Shown one piece after another: positions 42,220-54,164 of a DNA stretch of 64,000 bases. The translations under genes were made by a program, and so were the position numbers. Every line of letters starts with the position of its first letter. Position 1 is the first letter of the stretch. The stretch is from Lama glama (taxonomy: Eukaryota): positions 106,952,001-107,016,000 of the forward strand of contig CM052817.1 in the NCBI GenBank assembly GCA_028534125.1, given 5' to 3'. The notes beneath the pieces were generated by a model. It ran no database searches and was not told where the DNA came from. It saw only the letters and a list, made by a program, of their open reading frames with translations.

Positions 42220-42558
42220 TAACTAATGTAAAATGTACAGCAGATGAACAACATAGAGCATCATGTCATCTACATATAGTGACGCTTCTACACAACACTG
42301 TAAAACGACTATTAACTCAATAAAAAAATGTTTAAAAATAAAAATAAATAAATACAAAATAAAATAAAATACATGAACAACGAGGTCCTTCTGTACAGCA
42401 CAGGTAGCTAGAGTCAGTATCTTCTAGTAATCTACTATGGAAAAGAATCTGCAAGGGAATATGTGTATGTACGTGGATGACGAGACACGATGCTGTAAAC
42501 CAGAAATTAATGCAACACTGTAAACTGACTATATGTCAATTAAAAAAAAAGAAAGAAA
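42220..42558 (+). mobile_element. Two nested L1 3' end fragments
   Basis: Two termini (acaacactgtaaaacgacta...polyA and caacactgtaaactgacta...polyA); atgaacaac duplicated at 42244-42252 and 42373-42381. Confidence 0.75.
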
Positions 42559-43058
42559 GGCCTGGGCTAGAGGTTGAGTCAATAAGAAGAAATGGCAGAG
42601 GCTGATAACTGACCAGTTCTATGTGCCAAGGGTGTTTCTAAGCCAACAGGAAAGGCAAGGCAGGGACCCAGGGCTTGAGGCGACCCCGTGTGTGGTCCAC
42701 AGCACAGAGGGACACGCTGCTTTTGGGACTGTGCTCTGTGCCATCCTTTCTTTATGTGCTTTAGAGTATAAATGTGCATTTATGGTCTCTTGTGTGGTTT
42801 TGTACAAGCTTCTTATCTAGAGTCCCGAAAACAGACACTTTTATGTAACTCACTCTGTGTAACACCTGAGGACAGTACTAAGCACACTGGCATGTTAATG
42901 CTGTGAATGGAAATAATCACAAACATATGTCAGGTCTTCAAAAAGGAAGACCATTTCTTAATGATGAAGACAAATAAGGAAGACCGAGAAACCAAAGATC
43001 TCAAGACAAGGAAATTAACAGAGGCCCCCCCGAGGACATTTACTAAATGTCATTTAAA

Positions 43059-43059
<1 letters not shown>

Positions 43060-43115
<56 letters not shown>

Positions 43116-43131
43116 GCTCTCTCTCTCTCTC
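43060..43131 (+). repeat. Compound (CA)n-(CT)n microsatellite
   Basis: About 26 CA units, a short atg spacer, then a CT run. Confidence 0.97.
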
Positions 43132-44811
43132 ATACATGGGTATATCTCTAGGTACATCCAGACACTCGTTTTCTTTTGATTTTAAAATCTAGTTTTTTAA
43201 AGGTTACAACTAAATCATCCAAATAAAACATATGGATAATGGTAACATGGTCATTTGATCCAACCAGCAAAGGTTTTCGAAAGTTTAGAAGAAAGAGACT
43301 GCTACAGACATGGCAGTAACATGTAACTTTTTTTTTTAAAACCAGGCACCTAAATTGAGCATGAAAAAGTACTTCATTAAGTTCTGAAATTAAATAAAAA
43401 CAATTTTATATGATTATTAGCACAGGAAAAAGAGGAAAACCAAACCATCGCTCTTGGCAGGATTCTTAAACAGATCACCTGAATAAAATATTTAAGAGTG
43501 TGGTCAGGCCTAAAATCAAGGAAATGGACAGAGAAATTCCAGGTTATATTTCAGGGATAATTATAGCTACATGCATTTACAGAGCATTTATTTTGGTTTA
43601 AATTAAGTATCAATATTTCAAATATTTAAAGTGTGATGTCTTAAATGGGAAATAAAAACTATAATTTTAATCATAGTATGATTAAATAGTTAAAGGAGAA
43701 TAACTGATATTCTAATATGATGCATTTGAGTGTTTTTTAAATTGATCGTTCTCTTTTCCACTAATCTTAGTTGATTTTATTTGTATGCAGTATATATTTA
43801 AGTGAATTACTAAACAATATTTAAAAGCAAGGCTGGGAAGTGTGCTTGGTTTTTTGACTAAAAGTCAAGATTTTTCTTTAAATGTCCTACAACAAGATAG
43901 AGCTTTTTTCAGTCTTACAAGTAGTGTGTGCAAAGCATCGGCAAGTTTCTAAAATATACTTCTTTACTTCTAATGGGGTAAAAAAGATCTATTATTTGTT
44001 GCCAGGGTTTCTTGGCCCAAATCCAAGGCAAGGTGACCTTGTCCTTGAATAAAACAATAGGAAACTGCTTCCTCTCTGGCCTCTGTTCGCCAGCACAGTG
44101 GAAAACCTCCCCCAGAGGTAAGTTTATTTCATCTCAGGAAACGTATCTGTCATAATAGACACAATAAAGATCAGATAAAGAAAAGGTGGAGTCTTAACCC
44201 AAAAGAGGCATAACCTAACAGCTATAAATAATCCTGGCACTATTTCCTCCACTGCTCAGGAAAATGCATCAATCAAATTATATTAAAAAGACACTCTACC
44301 CAGTGTTTACAGACAAGGTCAGACTGCCATGCTAGGATAGAAGCAATTCTTTTTAAATTGAGTTTTCTTAACTCTTTTCTGGTTAAAGACAGGAAGGCGG
44401 GGTGAGAGGAGGGAAGAGGAGGTTACACTCCTGGGCTGCGTCTTCAAATTAGAGCCATTAATTAATTTGTCAGGGATCCTAACACCGTCCCTGCTGTCGT
44501 CTGTAGGAACCTAATCCCCGGGCATCACCCATTCCAACAGCAACGATCTCAGTGCATCCTCATCACCTAATTCCACATCTCCTCCACGTCTCCCTGGCTT
44601 GGACTCTCCCCTGCTATCCTCCCAACCTGGAAAAGCCTTCTCTCCACTTGCTCTTAACAGCCGATGGACAGTTCTGAATTCCACCCACACCCTTCACACC
44701 AGGCGCGAGGGAGCAGGCGCGTTCACTTGATTTGGTGTCTCATCCGACTGCGAAGACCAAACCAACCGCCAGAACCACTTAGAAGAATTAGCAACATTAA
44801 GAATTATGTCT

Positions 44812-45201
44812 TGGCCAAGATGGTGGAGTAGACAGACTCACAGCTCACCCCTTCCCACAAATACACCAAGAATTACAACTACAAACCCACTGAATCGCAC
44901 AGAATGCCTCCTGAACTCCGGCAGTGTCTCTCATTTCAACATAAAGGAGGATTCTCACCAAATCTGGTAAAACAACAAGTTCATCCTGTACAGCACAGGG
45001 AGCTATATTTAATACCTTGCAGTGACTTATGGTGAAAAAGAATATGAAAACGAATATATGTATGTTTCTATATGACTGAGACATGATGCTGTACACCAGA
45101 AATTGATACAACATTGTCAACGGACTATACTTCAATAAAAATATAAGTATATAAAAAATGCATCACCTTTTAAGGTGATTTTATATAATTCATTAAAAAA
45201 G
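44812..45201 (+). mobile_element. Short bipartite L1 (5'-end-like segment joined to L1 3' end) within one TSD pair
   Basis: Begins ggccaagatggtggagtag...cagctcacc (L1 5'-end-like), switches near 44970 to L1 3' UTR; flanks aagaattatgtct (44799-44811) / aagaattatatct (45202-45214). Confidence 0.7.
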
Positions 45202-46050
45202 AAGAATTATATCTGAAGTGCCACTAAATCATTACTCAGAGGAGGCCGAGGTAAACACGAAGAGACAGGAAGCCAATGAGCAAAAGTTGAGCAGAAGGCC
45301 CTGCAGGCTGGGGGGGTGGGAGGAGAGGGAGCCCCGGGTGCTTGGAATCAGAGCATCAGAGCGGCTCATCCTGACTGGAAAAGGCACAGCCTGGGGAAAA
45401 CAGGCTCCCAAGAGAGAGATGGTGGACGGCAGAGGGTCTCTGTGACCAGCAGGGATGGAGACTTACGGTTCAAGTGATGAAACTGGTACCTGTGGCCCCA
45501 GATGAGCCATGGCCAGTCCGGACCTCAGAAGTGCTCAGACTCCACCGAAGCAGAAAGGGGGGCATGGAACAGCAAGGCTCGGGGCTTCCAGTGGCACGAG
45601 CGGCCAGCTCAGGCCAGCAGACGTCACAAGTGGCACCGAGGAAGTTGGGGGTCCAGCTCACGTGGGAAGAGGTAAAAATGGAAAGTACATGGTGGAGCCA
45701 AAGACAGGGCAGCAGGAGGGAGAAGGAACCCCTGCAGGGCATTGAGCCCTGATCCCCCAATTCAGGTCTCAAGGTAACACTGCAGAGGACAGGAGCTTTA
45801 TAAAACGATTCTTACAAAAGTTTTACAAAATAATTTTTATCATGATATTGTTGCTCTTTCATATAAAAGACTTAGAATGTCATGCATACCCAGAAAAACA
45901 AAACTGGCAGGAGAAAAACACTTTTCAAGTTGTGTATTCCAGCAGTTAACATCAGCTCTGATAACGCTACAACCTACACGCCTAATTTAGACTAAATCTG
46001 GCCACATAAGGAGAAGCTGTATTAGGCTAGTGATTAGAACAGGGCTATGC

Positions 46051-46189
46051 GGAGGGGGGGCTGGTATAGCTCAGTGGTGGAGCATGTGCTCAGAACGTGT
46101 GAGGTCCTGGGTTCAATTCCTGTACCTCCACTTAAAAAACTAACTTAATAAACTTAATTACCATGTCCCTGAATGTTTTTTTTTTAAAG
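46051..46189 (+). mobile_element. tRNA-Ala-derived SINE with target-site duplication
   Basis: A/B boxes; flanking direct repeat cagggctatg at 46040-46049 and 46190-46199. Confidence 0.88.
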
Positions 46190-49100
46190 CAGGGCTATGA
46201 AATCAGACATGCCTAAGTTCCAATGACGACTCCACCACTAGTCTATGGAAAGAAGTATTTTTTAATCACGCTAAGCCTTATTCCATCAGCTCTAAAAAGG
46301 TGGCAGTAAACCTCTCTTTAGAGGGCCGCTGTAGTAATTCAGTCAGACAATACGCAGTATCGCTGCTGCTGTACAGTAAGCACTCAATACATGAGACCTG
46401 CTGTCATTCAGGCCCCGCATTTAAGAAGGCGTTTTCTTACGCACATCACTTTCTAAAATGTTTAATCGTGACTGAGGTCTTATTTATTATAATAAGTACA
46501 GGATACTACATGCATCAATAATTTCTATTAAAAATGTGCAACTGGAAAATAGATGGCCAGTTTGATAGTATCAAGTTGATTTACCTTAAGTGATTCATTC
46601 AAAAATTGTACAAAGTTTCTTGGGCACCCTACATCACATGATTTTCAAAAGCAGGCTTCAGGAACACTCTTGCAGTTAGTTAACAGAAGAGCAGGGGTGG
46701 TGGGCCAAGGGAGGGGCACATAGAACACAGAATGGTTGGTAAGTGGAGGGGGCACCACTGACGTCACCTCCAGGTTTTCCCCAACTTATTAAATAAGCTT
46801 GTGAAACTTTTTTCCCGTAACATCTACTCACAGTGTACACAACTAGTGTCCCATGGTAGTCTTCCTGCAAAACGCAGTTTTATACATTTCAAAAAATGTT
46901 AATCATCTCCTTTTATTTTCAAAATCCACCAAATGACAAGGCTGCTCTGAAGAACAACCAGAAGCAGTAGGCGGGCGGTAAGCACAGAGCCCAGTGTCGG
47001 GGGCGTCCTGGGGACGCACGGGTAGTGGCCTCAGCGCTGGCAACTGGACCCAGGGCAGGGAGCGGAGGATAGGTGATAAAATATGTGAAAGGTGCCAGTT
47101 TACTGGGTTAAATGGGACTTCGTTAGTCCCCAGATTCATTTAAATTAGAAATTCAACACTATTTCTCATACATCTGTTATGTGCCAGCAGCGGGGACAAT
47201 GCACAGAGGAAATTCTCGACAGGAAAAGATTACAAGCCCATAAAATCTGAGAGTCTCACCAAGCAGAACAACTGGGTCCACCCCTTGTGCCCAACCATCA
47301 CTTTAAAAAAGCCCCCAGTTTAACGTGTCTGCTTTTCAGTATCTCACTCCCTCCTAAAGTCAAAGCAGCAAAGCCACGTGAAAAGCCACAAACTTTTCAA
47401 AGAAGCAAAAATGGAAGTATCTGTGAAATTACTAAATATTATTCATTTAAAATTAGCTCTGACATTACCCTCAAAAAGCCTCACAGGTCAACAGAGGGGT
47501 GTTCCACGCATCTTTGCTCAAAAACCTTTTACTGAGTTCCCCATGAGGCGCAAGCCAGAGTAACAATTCACCCATTCAGGTCCTCGTATGTAATTAAAAT
47601 CCTGGGGGCTCGCTCGATAAAACAGCGAAGTCTAGATAAGCAAAGGGCTCCTCAGCAAGGACCTCACAGCAAGACCCTAAGAGCATCACCCAACAACTCG
47701 GCCCCACAGGACGCTCCATGAATGCCCAACTCTGGTCCTTCAACGTGAAGCCAAAGTATCACAGTGGGTACCACTGACGTGGCTTCTAGACACGGCTTGC
47801 TTCAAAGCTGTTTCATGGCCAGTGTTACTTCTGTCATAGCGTTACCCTGGACTTCAGTAAAACATAAAGCATTTGTCAGGAAACAAGCAGGTTTTTGGAA
47901 TAGGTGTCCTGGCCCACTATGCACTCTCTTTCTGTCCTGACGGCTCTTTCTCACAAATCCAGTGTTACATTCTCCTCCCCCACCAATAAACACTTCAAAC
48001 AATTTTCTTTGCTCATTAAAATTATATTATTATTAATTAAATAATCCTGCCCTCCATTTTGGGAAAGGATATATGAAAAGGGTAAACAAGGAGCCCATGA
48101 TCTGAACTTGGCTTCTGAGGCTCCCCACGCGTAGTTTAAGTAATGCTCTCGCTTGTACCTGCAAAAATCATGAGTACAGTCGAGCGTCACGCCAACGGCC
48201 CTGTTAATAAAACCTGACCACAGAGGAGCCTCTCCATAACAGCCTTTTTTAGCAGTGAAGTTAGGTATGAGGCTGGTCTTCTTTTCGGATCTGATCTGAA
48301 GGTACCACCAGCATCGCATGGCGAGGGGGCTGGGCGCTCAGCACAGCGTCAGGACACGCTCCCAGCACAGCCGCTGCCTCAGGACCATCCTGAGGTTCAC
48401 GGGAAACGTGGGGCGACACCTTCAGAGTCACCTCGTCTCGGAAGACCTCGTTTCGTTAGTTAGTAATTCTGTTTATAATGATGAACAAAACCAAACTGTG
48501 TCCATCAACCTGGGCATCTAAGCATTCTAACTCATGGCCTTCTGTCTGTGAATTTTCAGTTTATCTCCATTTGCAAAGTTTAACATCTCAACCTTCCTAG
48601 AACACATGAAAGATCATTCCAACACCCTAGTACAACCCTTGCACCCTAAGACGACACCCTAATGCAACAGTGATGCCAGGGTGCAAAAACAGACATTTTA
48701 AAAATGCTTAGACTAGCTGCATCTAAGCTGCCTAAATGTATCTATGCATTTTCATTTGGGGGATTTAAATATATATATTTAAAACACATGAATTAGTGTG
48801 ACGGCAGAAAACTTCCAATGTGATATAAAAGCAGCCTGTGAGAACTCACATCCCTGAAACAGGAGGCTCAGATTAGGTGTGAGCCACAGAAAAGTGCTTG
48901 TCACAAGCAGCAGTAGCTGCCTCGGGGATGTGAGCATGACAAACGCATGGCAGACTCGTGGGATCAATTATAAAGAAGCAATACTTGGGGCATTAAAAAA
49001 AAAAACCGTGCCTTCACCAGCGATTAATCCACGTTCAGAAGTCCACGAGTCCCACAGATGGTCATAACCAAATCAATAACCAAACCCTCCTTCCCTCCGC

Positions 49101-49504
49101 AAACCCACATGTGAATTCCTTACTACACACGCCCGTTCCCAACAACCTTTTCATGCTCGCTCATTCAGTTCGACTAACAAAATATTTTTAAGAAACTATT
49201 CAAGTGTTAAGTGAAAGCCGAACTGTCCAGCTTTAATTTCTGATTATAAAAAGCAGCTGCCCGATATTCCCCAGCACCCGCGATCTTGCTTTACGTGAAC
49301 TATTGGTCGCGTTTAAATTTTCCTTTTTTAAAACCACAGCAAAATTGGAAGGACGAGCCCGCTGTAACTTACCCTCCCTCCTCCAAGCAGACTAGCCTAG
49401 CCTCTAAAAGCCCTGTCTTCCCTGCAGAGACAGCGATGATTCCCATTTTAAAGCAGTTCTCTATGACGTGCCGTGGAAACACAAGCAGTACCCACGCTAC
49501 TTAC

Positions 49505-49564
49505 TGAGTGTTTCTCCTGCTGGCCCGTAACTCCATGGTTAGCTGGGGTTGCTAGTGGTTTCAT
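49505..49564 (-). CDS. RAPGEF2: RAPGEF2 first coding exon of the short canonical-type isoform (MKPLATPANHGVTGQQEKHS)
   Basis: ATG at 49564-49562, 20 codons, donor TCA|gtaagt at 49504, phase 0; closely resembles the recalled human N-terminus MKPLAIPANHGVMGQQEKHS. Confidence 0.94.
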
Positions 49565-49602
49565 AATGCAGAAACGCACGCTGAACTGAGTCTGCACATC
49601 AT
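49561..49602 (-). promoter_or_regulatory. uORF MMCRLSSACVSAL* whose TGA overlaps the main ATG (ATGA)
   Basis: Minus strand ATG ATG TGC AGA CTC AGT TCA GCG TGC GTT TCT GCA TTA TGA; the A of TTA plus TG of TGA form the RAPGEF2 start codon. Confidence 0.6.
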
Positions 49603-50800
49603 GTGCCAGTCTCTCGTGGATGGCAAGTCACCCTTTACGGCATTAAATTAAGAGAAAAGAGAAAAAGAAAGAGAGGAGAGGAAAAAAAAAAGACGGAGGA
49701 GGAGAGCAGGCTGCAGCTCCAAGTGTCACTACTGGTGAGCTCAAAACCCACACACTTGTGGACCAGAAAAGGCAACCGAACGACCCTGCCCGGCCCCATT
49801 TCTATAACGCTGAAACTCTATCCATCTTAGGCTACGACAAGACAGGAAACCTTATACAGCTCCCAGTCTTCCAAGAGAGCAAGATCATTTCTGAGACTGA
49901 AGAACAAGAGGCAAAAGAAAAGGAAAGGAGAAAAAAAAAAAAAGCTAAAATGGCTGACTGCACACAGTCTCCCCTCCAAAAGGCTTCATACAGAAAGATA
50001 CGAGTCAGGGCGGTGCAGGCACCGGTCCCCAGCATCCAGCCAAGCATGGTTAATACTCTTGTTTCATTTGCAATCGCACACACGGACCCCTCCGACCAAG
50101 AAAGAAAGGGAGGAAGAAGAAGAAAGGAAGGAAAGAATCAGGGCAGAGCGTGTGAATCGGGACCTCCTCCCTGGCAGCTGAAGATGCTGACGGAGTGCTG
50201 ACCAGTGATCTCTGCCCCACTCCACTAAACCAAGTTTGCACAATTAATCTCAGAGGCATGACACTGATGGACATTTAATCTAATGATGTCTGTCCCTCAC
50301 ACTCAGCACAAGCATGCCTGCCAGCACGGGAGCCACTCACGGAAACACGGCACATGCACACACACAAGCTCGAGCATCATGAGTCTGAATGCAACACACC
50401 GATATAATTACATTATTGTGCTTACTTTGGAGGACCATGGCTGCAGGCAGTTGGCATAGCAACGCACAAGGAAAGCCATTTCCTGGGTAGAGAGAAAGCT
50501 TCCTTCTCTAAATAAAAAATTCCTCTTAGGAAACAAACGGCATTGCTGCTTCCTGCAGAAAAGCAAGACACTGTAGTCTGTCTCTTAACCTGCAAGGCTC
50601 ACACTCAATGCAGTTCTAGTGATGTAAGTGGATTTCTCTCTCACCCTCCCTCTCCCTCTATACACTGAAATATGCAGCTCAAATAGTCCTCACATTCCTT
50701 AAGGCTCGCCCCCTCCTCTCCTTAACCATTTCACTCATTAAGGTAGTGATGGACAATTCAGATAAAGTAACGAGCTCTTGCCTGTGTTCTATCAGCGGCT
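49565..50800 (-). promoter_or_regulatory. Putative internal promoter / 5' UTR region for the short RAPGEF2 isoforms
   Basis: No obvious interspersed repeat upstream of two ATG-bearing exons; pyrimidine-rich tracts on the sense strand; not an obvious CpG island. TSS cannot be determined from sequence. Confidence 0.5.
50426..50479 (-). CDS. RAPGEF2: Candidate alternative first coding exon of RAPGEF2 (MAFLVRCYANCLQPWSSK)
   Basis: ATG in strong Kozak context (gaaATGG), 18 codons, donor AAA|gtaagc at 50425, phase 0 compatible with the 13692 acceptor. Confidence 0.72.
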
Positions 50801-51599
50801 GTAGGTTAAGCAAGTCTCAGAGGGATGGGATCCATTGATTGCTGACTCCAAATAATATCACTGAAGACAGGGTGGGGAAACGGAGAGAGGACTTACTCGA
50901 AAAGCTTTGAACTAAAATACGGTTTTTCACCAAGGTGAAGGCACGAGGGTGGACGTGACCCCTTCCCCACCCTCAAATATCCCTGTGCTCGAGGAAACAA
51001 GCGTCCACCCAAAATTCACAAAATGCACATTTAAGAGGCTTTGTATCAATTCAGAAGATGTGATTTTCACAAACACCCATGCACATGCACACACATGTAC
51101 ACTCACACAGCGCCTTGCAAATAATAGCAAAATAAACCCACCTGGGCTCTTAAAAAAAAAAAGGAAACTGAATCAAACTTCTTTCAGAGGTAGGAAGTTG
51201 ACATTTAATAAGGCTATGTCATTCTACCACAAACTCTTAATTTTACCCAGGTTCGCAGGTTATTTGAAGAGACAGCATTATAGTTGGCATTTCAACGCTG
51301 AAGCACTGGTCAGCTGCTCATAGTCACGTCCTTCTATAAATTGTATACAGAACAGAAAATAGATATGGAAAATCTAGCAACTTGAGTAGCTGGGAAATCG
51401 CGAGAGCTTGCTAACTTGTGTTTCTATCTACCTACCTAACACCACACCCGCCCCGTTAATTCTCTTTCCTTTCCCCTCACACCTAAAGCAGCCATTCCCT
51501 CCACACCCGTGTTTTGGACCCCATTCCCCCCGGCTCCACGCGCCCCTTTCAGACTGCTGCTACCCCTGCCCCGTCTCTCCCACGTGTGTTCAACCTCTC

Positions 51600-52582
51600 C
51601 TCCACAATGAGACGCTCTCTGCACTGGCTTTTAAATATGTTTAGGTCTCTCCCATCTCAAATACAAAGCAGAAGACCTCCCCCAGATTCCACATTCTCCC
51701 ATGACTACAGTCCCACCTCTTTCACAGGCAAATCTCTCCAGAATCACCTACGCTGGGTTCCAGCATTCCTTCATCCCACTGACTTCTCAAAGGAAGGACC
51801 ACCAGGGTCCTGTTACACAGCTGCGACATCCTCAAGTGACCCTGGACACCTTGCTCCACGTCCAGTCCATCACAGTATCCCACTAGTTAAGTTTTCTGCC
51901 TTTTCTAAAATTCAGATTTCTCTCCGTCTCTACTGCTATCATCCCACTTCAAACATTATTTTTTGCCTTGAAAATTGCAAAAAGTCTCCTTAATGAAGTG
52001 TCTGGATTTAGTTCTAACCTCATCCACTCAACCCATTTGACATTCTGTCTCTGAGATCTTTTAAAAATGAAAACCTGGCCATTTCAACCTAACCCACTGA
52101 GCTCCCCGACTTTCAAATTAAGACGCATCAATGGCCTCCTGTGGTTCTCAGCACACAGACTGCAACTCTTGTTACAGCCTGCAAGATGCACATGTTTTCA
52201 AGACCTACCCCATATTCACGCCCTCCAGGTCGCCTGGGCTGCTCCTGCTTCCTGGAGTGGGCAAGAGGCCCTTTTCACACACTGGTGCCCCTGCCTGGAC
52301 TCCCACTGCACCTCTCAGCACACACTGGTGTGATGCCATCCAGTTACCATGATACTACCATGGCTACCCATACATATTACCAACACATTACCACGACACT
52401 GTGTATCGCTGCCCCATCACGCTGTGTGTACACTTATTCATGAAATTACTTAAGCAGTTAGTGTCTGTTCCCCTTGCTACACTCTGCTCTCCACGATGCC
52501 CGGCGCCATGTTTGTGTGCCACTGGACTTGCAGCGGCCAGAAGACTGCACGCTGTACACAGCCACATTCTGTGAATGACTGA
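51600..52582 (+). mobile_element. L2 fragments, degenerate
   Basis: aattgcaaaaagtctccttaatg...; 3' end attctgtgaatgactgaa resembles the L2 terminus. Confidence 0.45.
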
Positions 52583-52699
52583 ACTCCCAAAGGATCGGGA
52601 ATGGACATTAGCAAGACCATATTTGATCTTATAAACTAGTTCCTATCAAAATCCCAAGTTTTTCTTTTTCTATAACAGACAAAGGAAATATTTAAAAGC

Positions 52700-54150
52700 A
52701 AATGGTGCTGATCTTTGACAAAAGAGAAAAGACAGTACAATAGAGCAAAGACGGTCTCGTCAACAAATGGTCCCAGAATAAGTGGACCTCCACATGTGGA
52801 AGAAAAAAAAAGTCTAGAAACAGTCTAGAAACAGACCTTCCACCATCCACAAAAATTAACTAAAAAAGGATCATAGACCTAAAGGTAGAACACAAACTAT
52901 AAAATTCCTACAAGATAATAAGAGAAAATGTAGATGCCTTGGGTACGGTGATGGCTTTTTAGATACAACACCAAAGATATGGTTCAAGAAATAACGAATA
53001 AGCTGGACCTCACTAGAATTAAAAACTTCTGCTCTGTAAAGGACAGTATTATGAGAATTAGAAGACAAGCCACAGACTGGGGAAAAATATTTGCAAAAGA
53101 CACATCTGATAAAGGACCCTTACCCAAAATATACAAAGAACTCTTAAAACTCAACAATAAGACAAAACTTGATTTAAAAAATGGGCCAAAGACCTTAACA
53201 GAAATCTCACCGAAGAAGATACACAGATCAGTAACAGGCACAAGAAAAGATGCTCCACATCATACCTTATCAGGGAATGCAAATCAAAACAATGAGACAC
53301 CACTGCACACCCATTAGGGAAGTCAGAATCTAAAACACCGACAGCACCAAGTGCTGGTGAGGATGTGGAGCAACAGGAACTCTCATTCACTGCTGATGGA
53401 AAAGCAAAATGGTGCAGCCACTTTGGAAGACAGTGTGGTGTTTTCTTACAAAGCTAAATAAACTTCTACCTGACTACCCAGCAAACTCACTGCTTGGTGT
53501 ACACTCAAAGTAGCTGAAAACTTAAGTCCACACAAACACCGGCACAGAGGTATTTACAGTGGCCTTTTTCATAACTGCCAAAACTTGGAAATCACCAAGA
53601 TGTCCTTCGTGTATAAATAAACTGTGGTGTGTCAAGACAAGGAAATATTATTCAGCACTAAAAAGAAACCAGCTATCAAGCCACAAAAAGACAGACTTTA
53701 AATGCATAATACTAAGTGAAAGAAGCCAATCTCCAATGCTGCAGACTAGGTATGATTCTCACTATATGACATTCTGGAAAAGGCAAAACTATGCAGACGG
53801 TGAAAGATCAGTGGTCGCTGTGAGGGAGGGTACAGAGACGGACAGGTTGAGTGCAGAGGAATTTCAGGGAAGAGAAAACACTCTGCATGATATAGTACTG
53901 ATGGAAACACATCATTATACATTTGTCCAAACCCATCTGTACAACATCAGGAGTGAACCCCAAGGCAAACTATAGATTTTGCATGAATATGATACGTCAA
54001 TATAGGTTCATCCTTGGTTTAGAAAAAATAAAAGTACCATTCTAGTGAGTGAGGCTCCGTATCTGTGTGGGCAGAGATGGATGGGAAATTTCAGTATCTT
54101 TCCCTCAATTCTGCCATAAACCTAAAACTGCTCTAAAAAATATTAAGTCT
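52700..54150 (+). mobile_element. Old L1 (L1M/L1MC-like) ORF2 3' part and 3' UTR
   Basis: Degenerate ORF2 peptides (IKNFCSVKD...RRQATDWGKIFAKDTSDKG...KIYKELLKLNNK) with frameshifts. Confidence 0.88.
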
Positions 54151-54164
54151 TAAGGAATAAAATT

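Noticed and set aside
49758..50201. 147-aa Lys/Glu/Arg-rich plus-strand ORF near the promoter
   Set aside because: Composition derives from purine tracts (pyrimidine tracts of the RAPGEF2 leader); non-ATG start.
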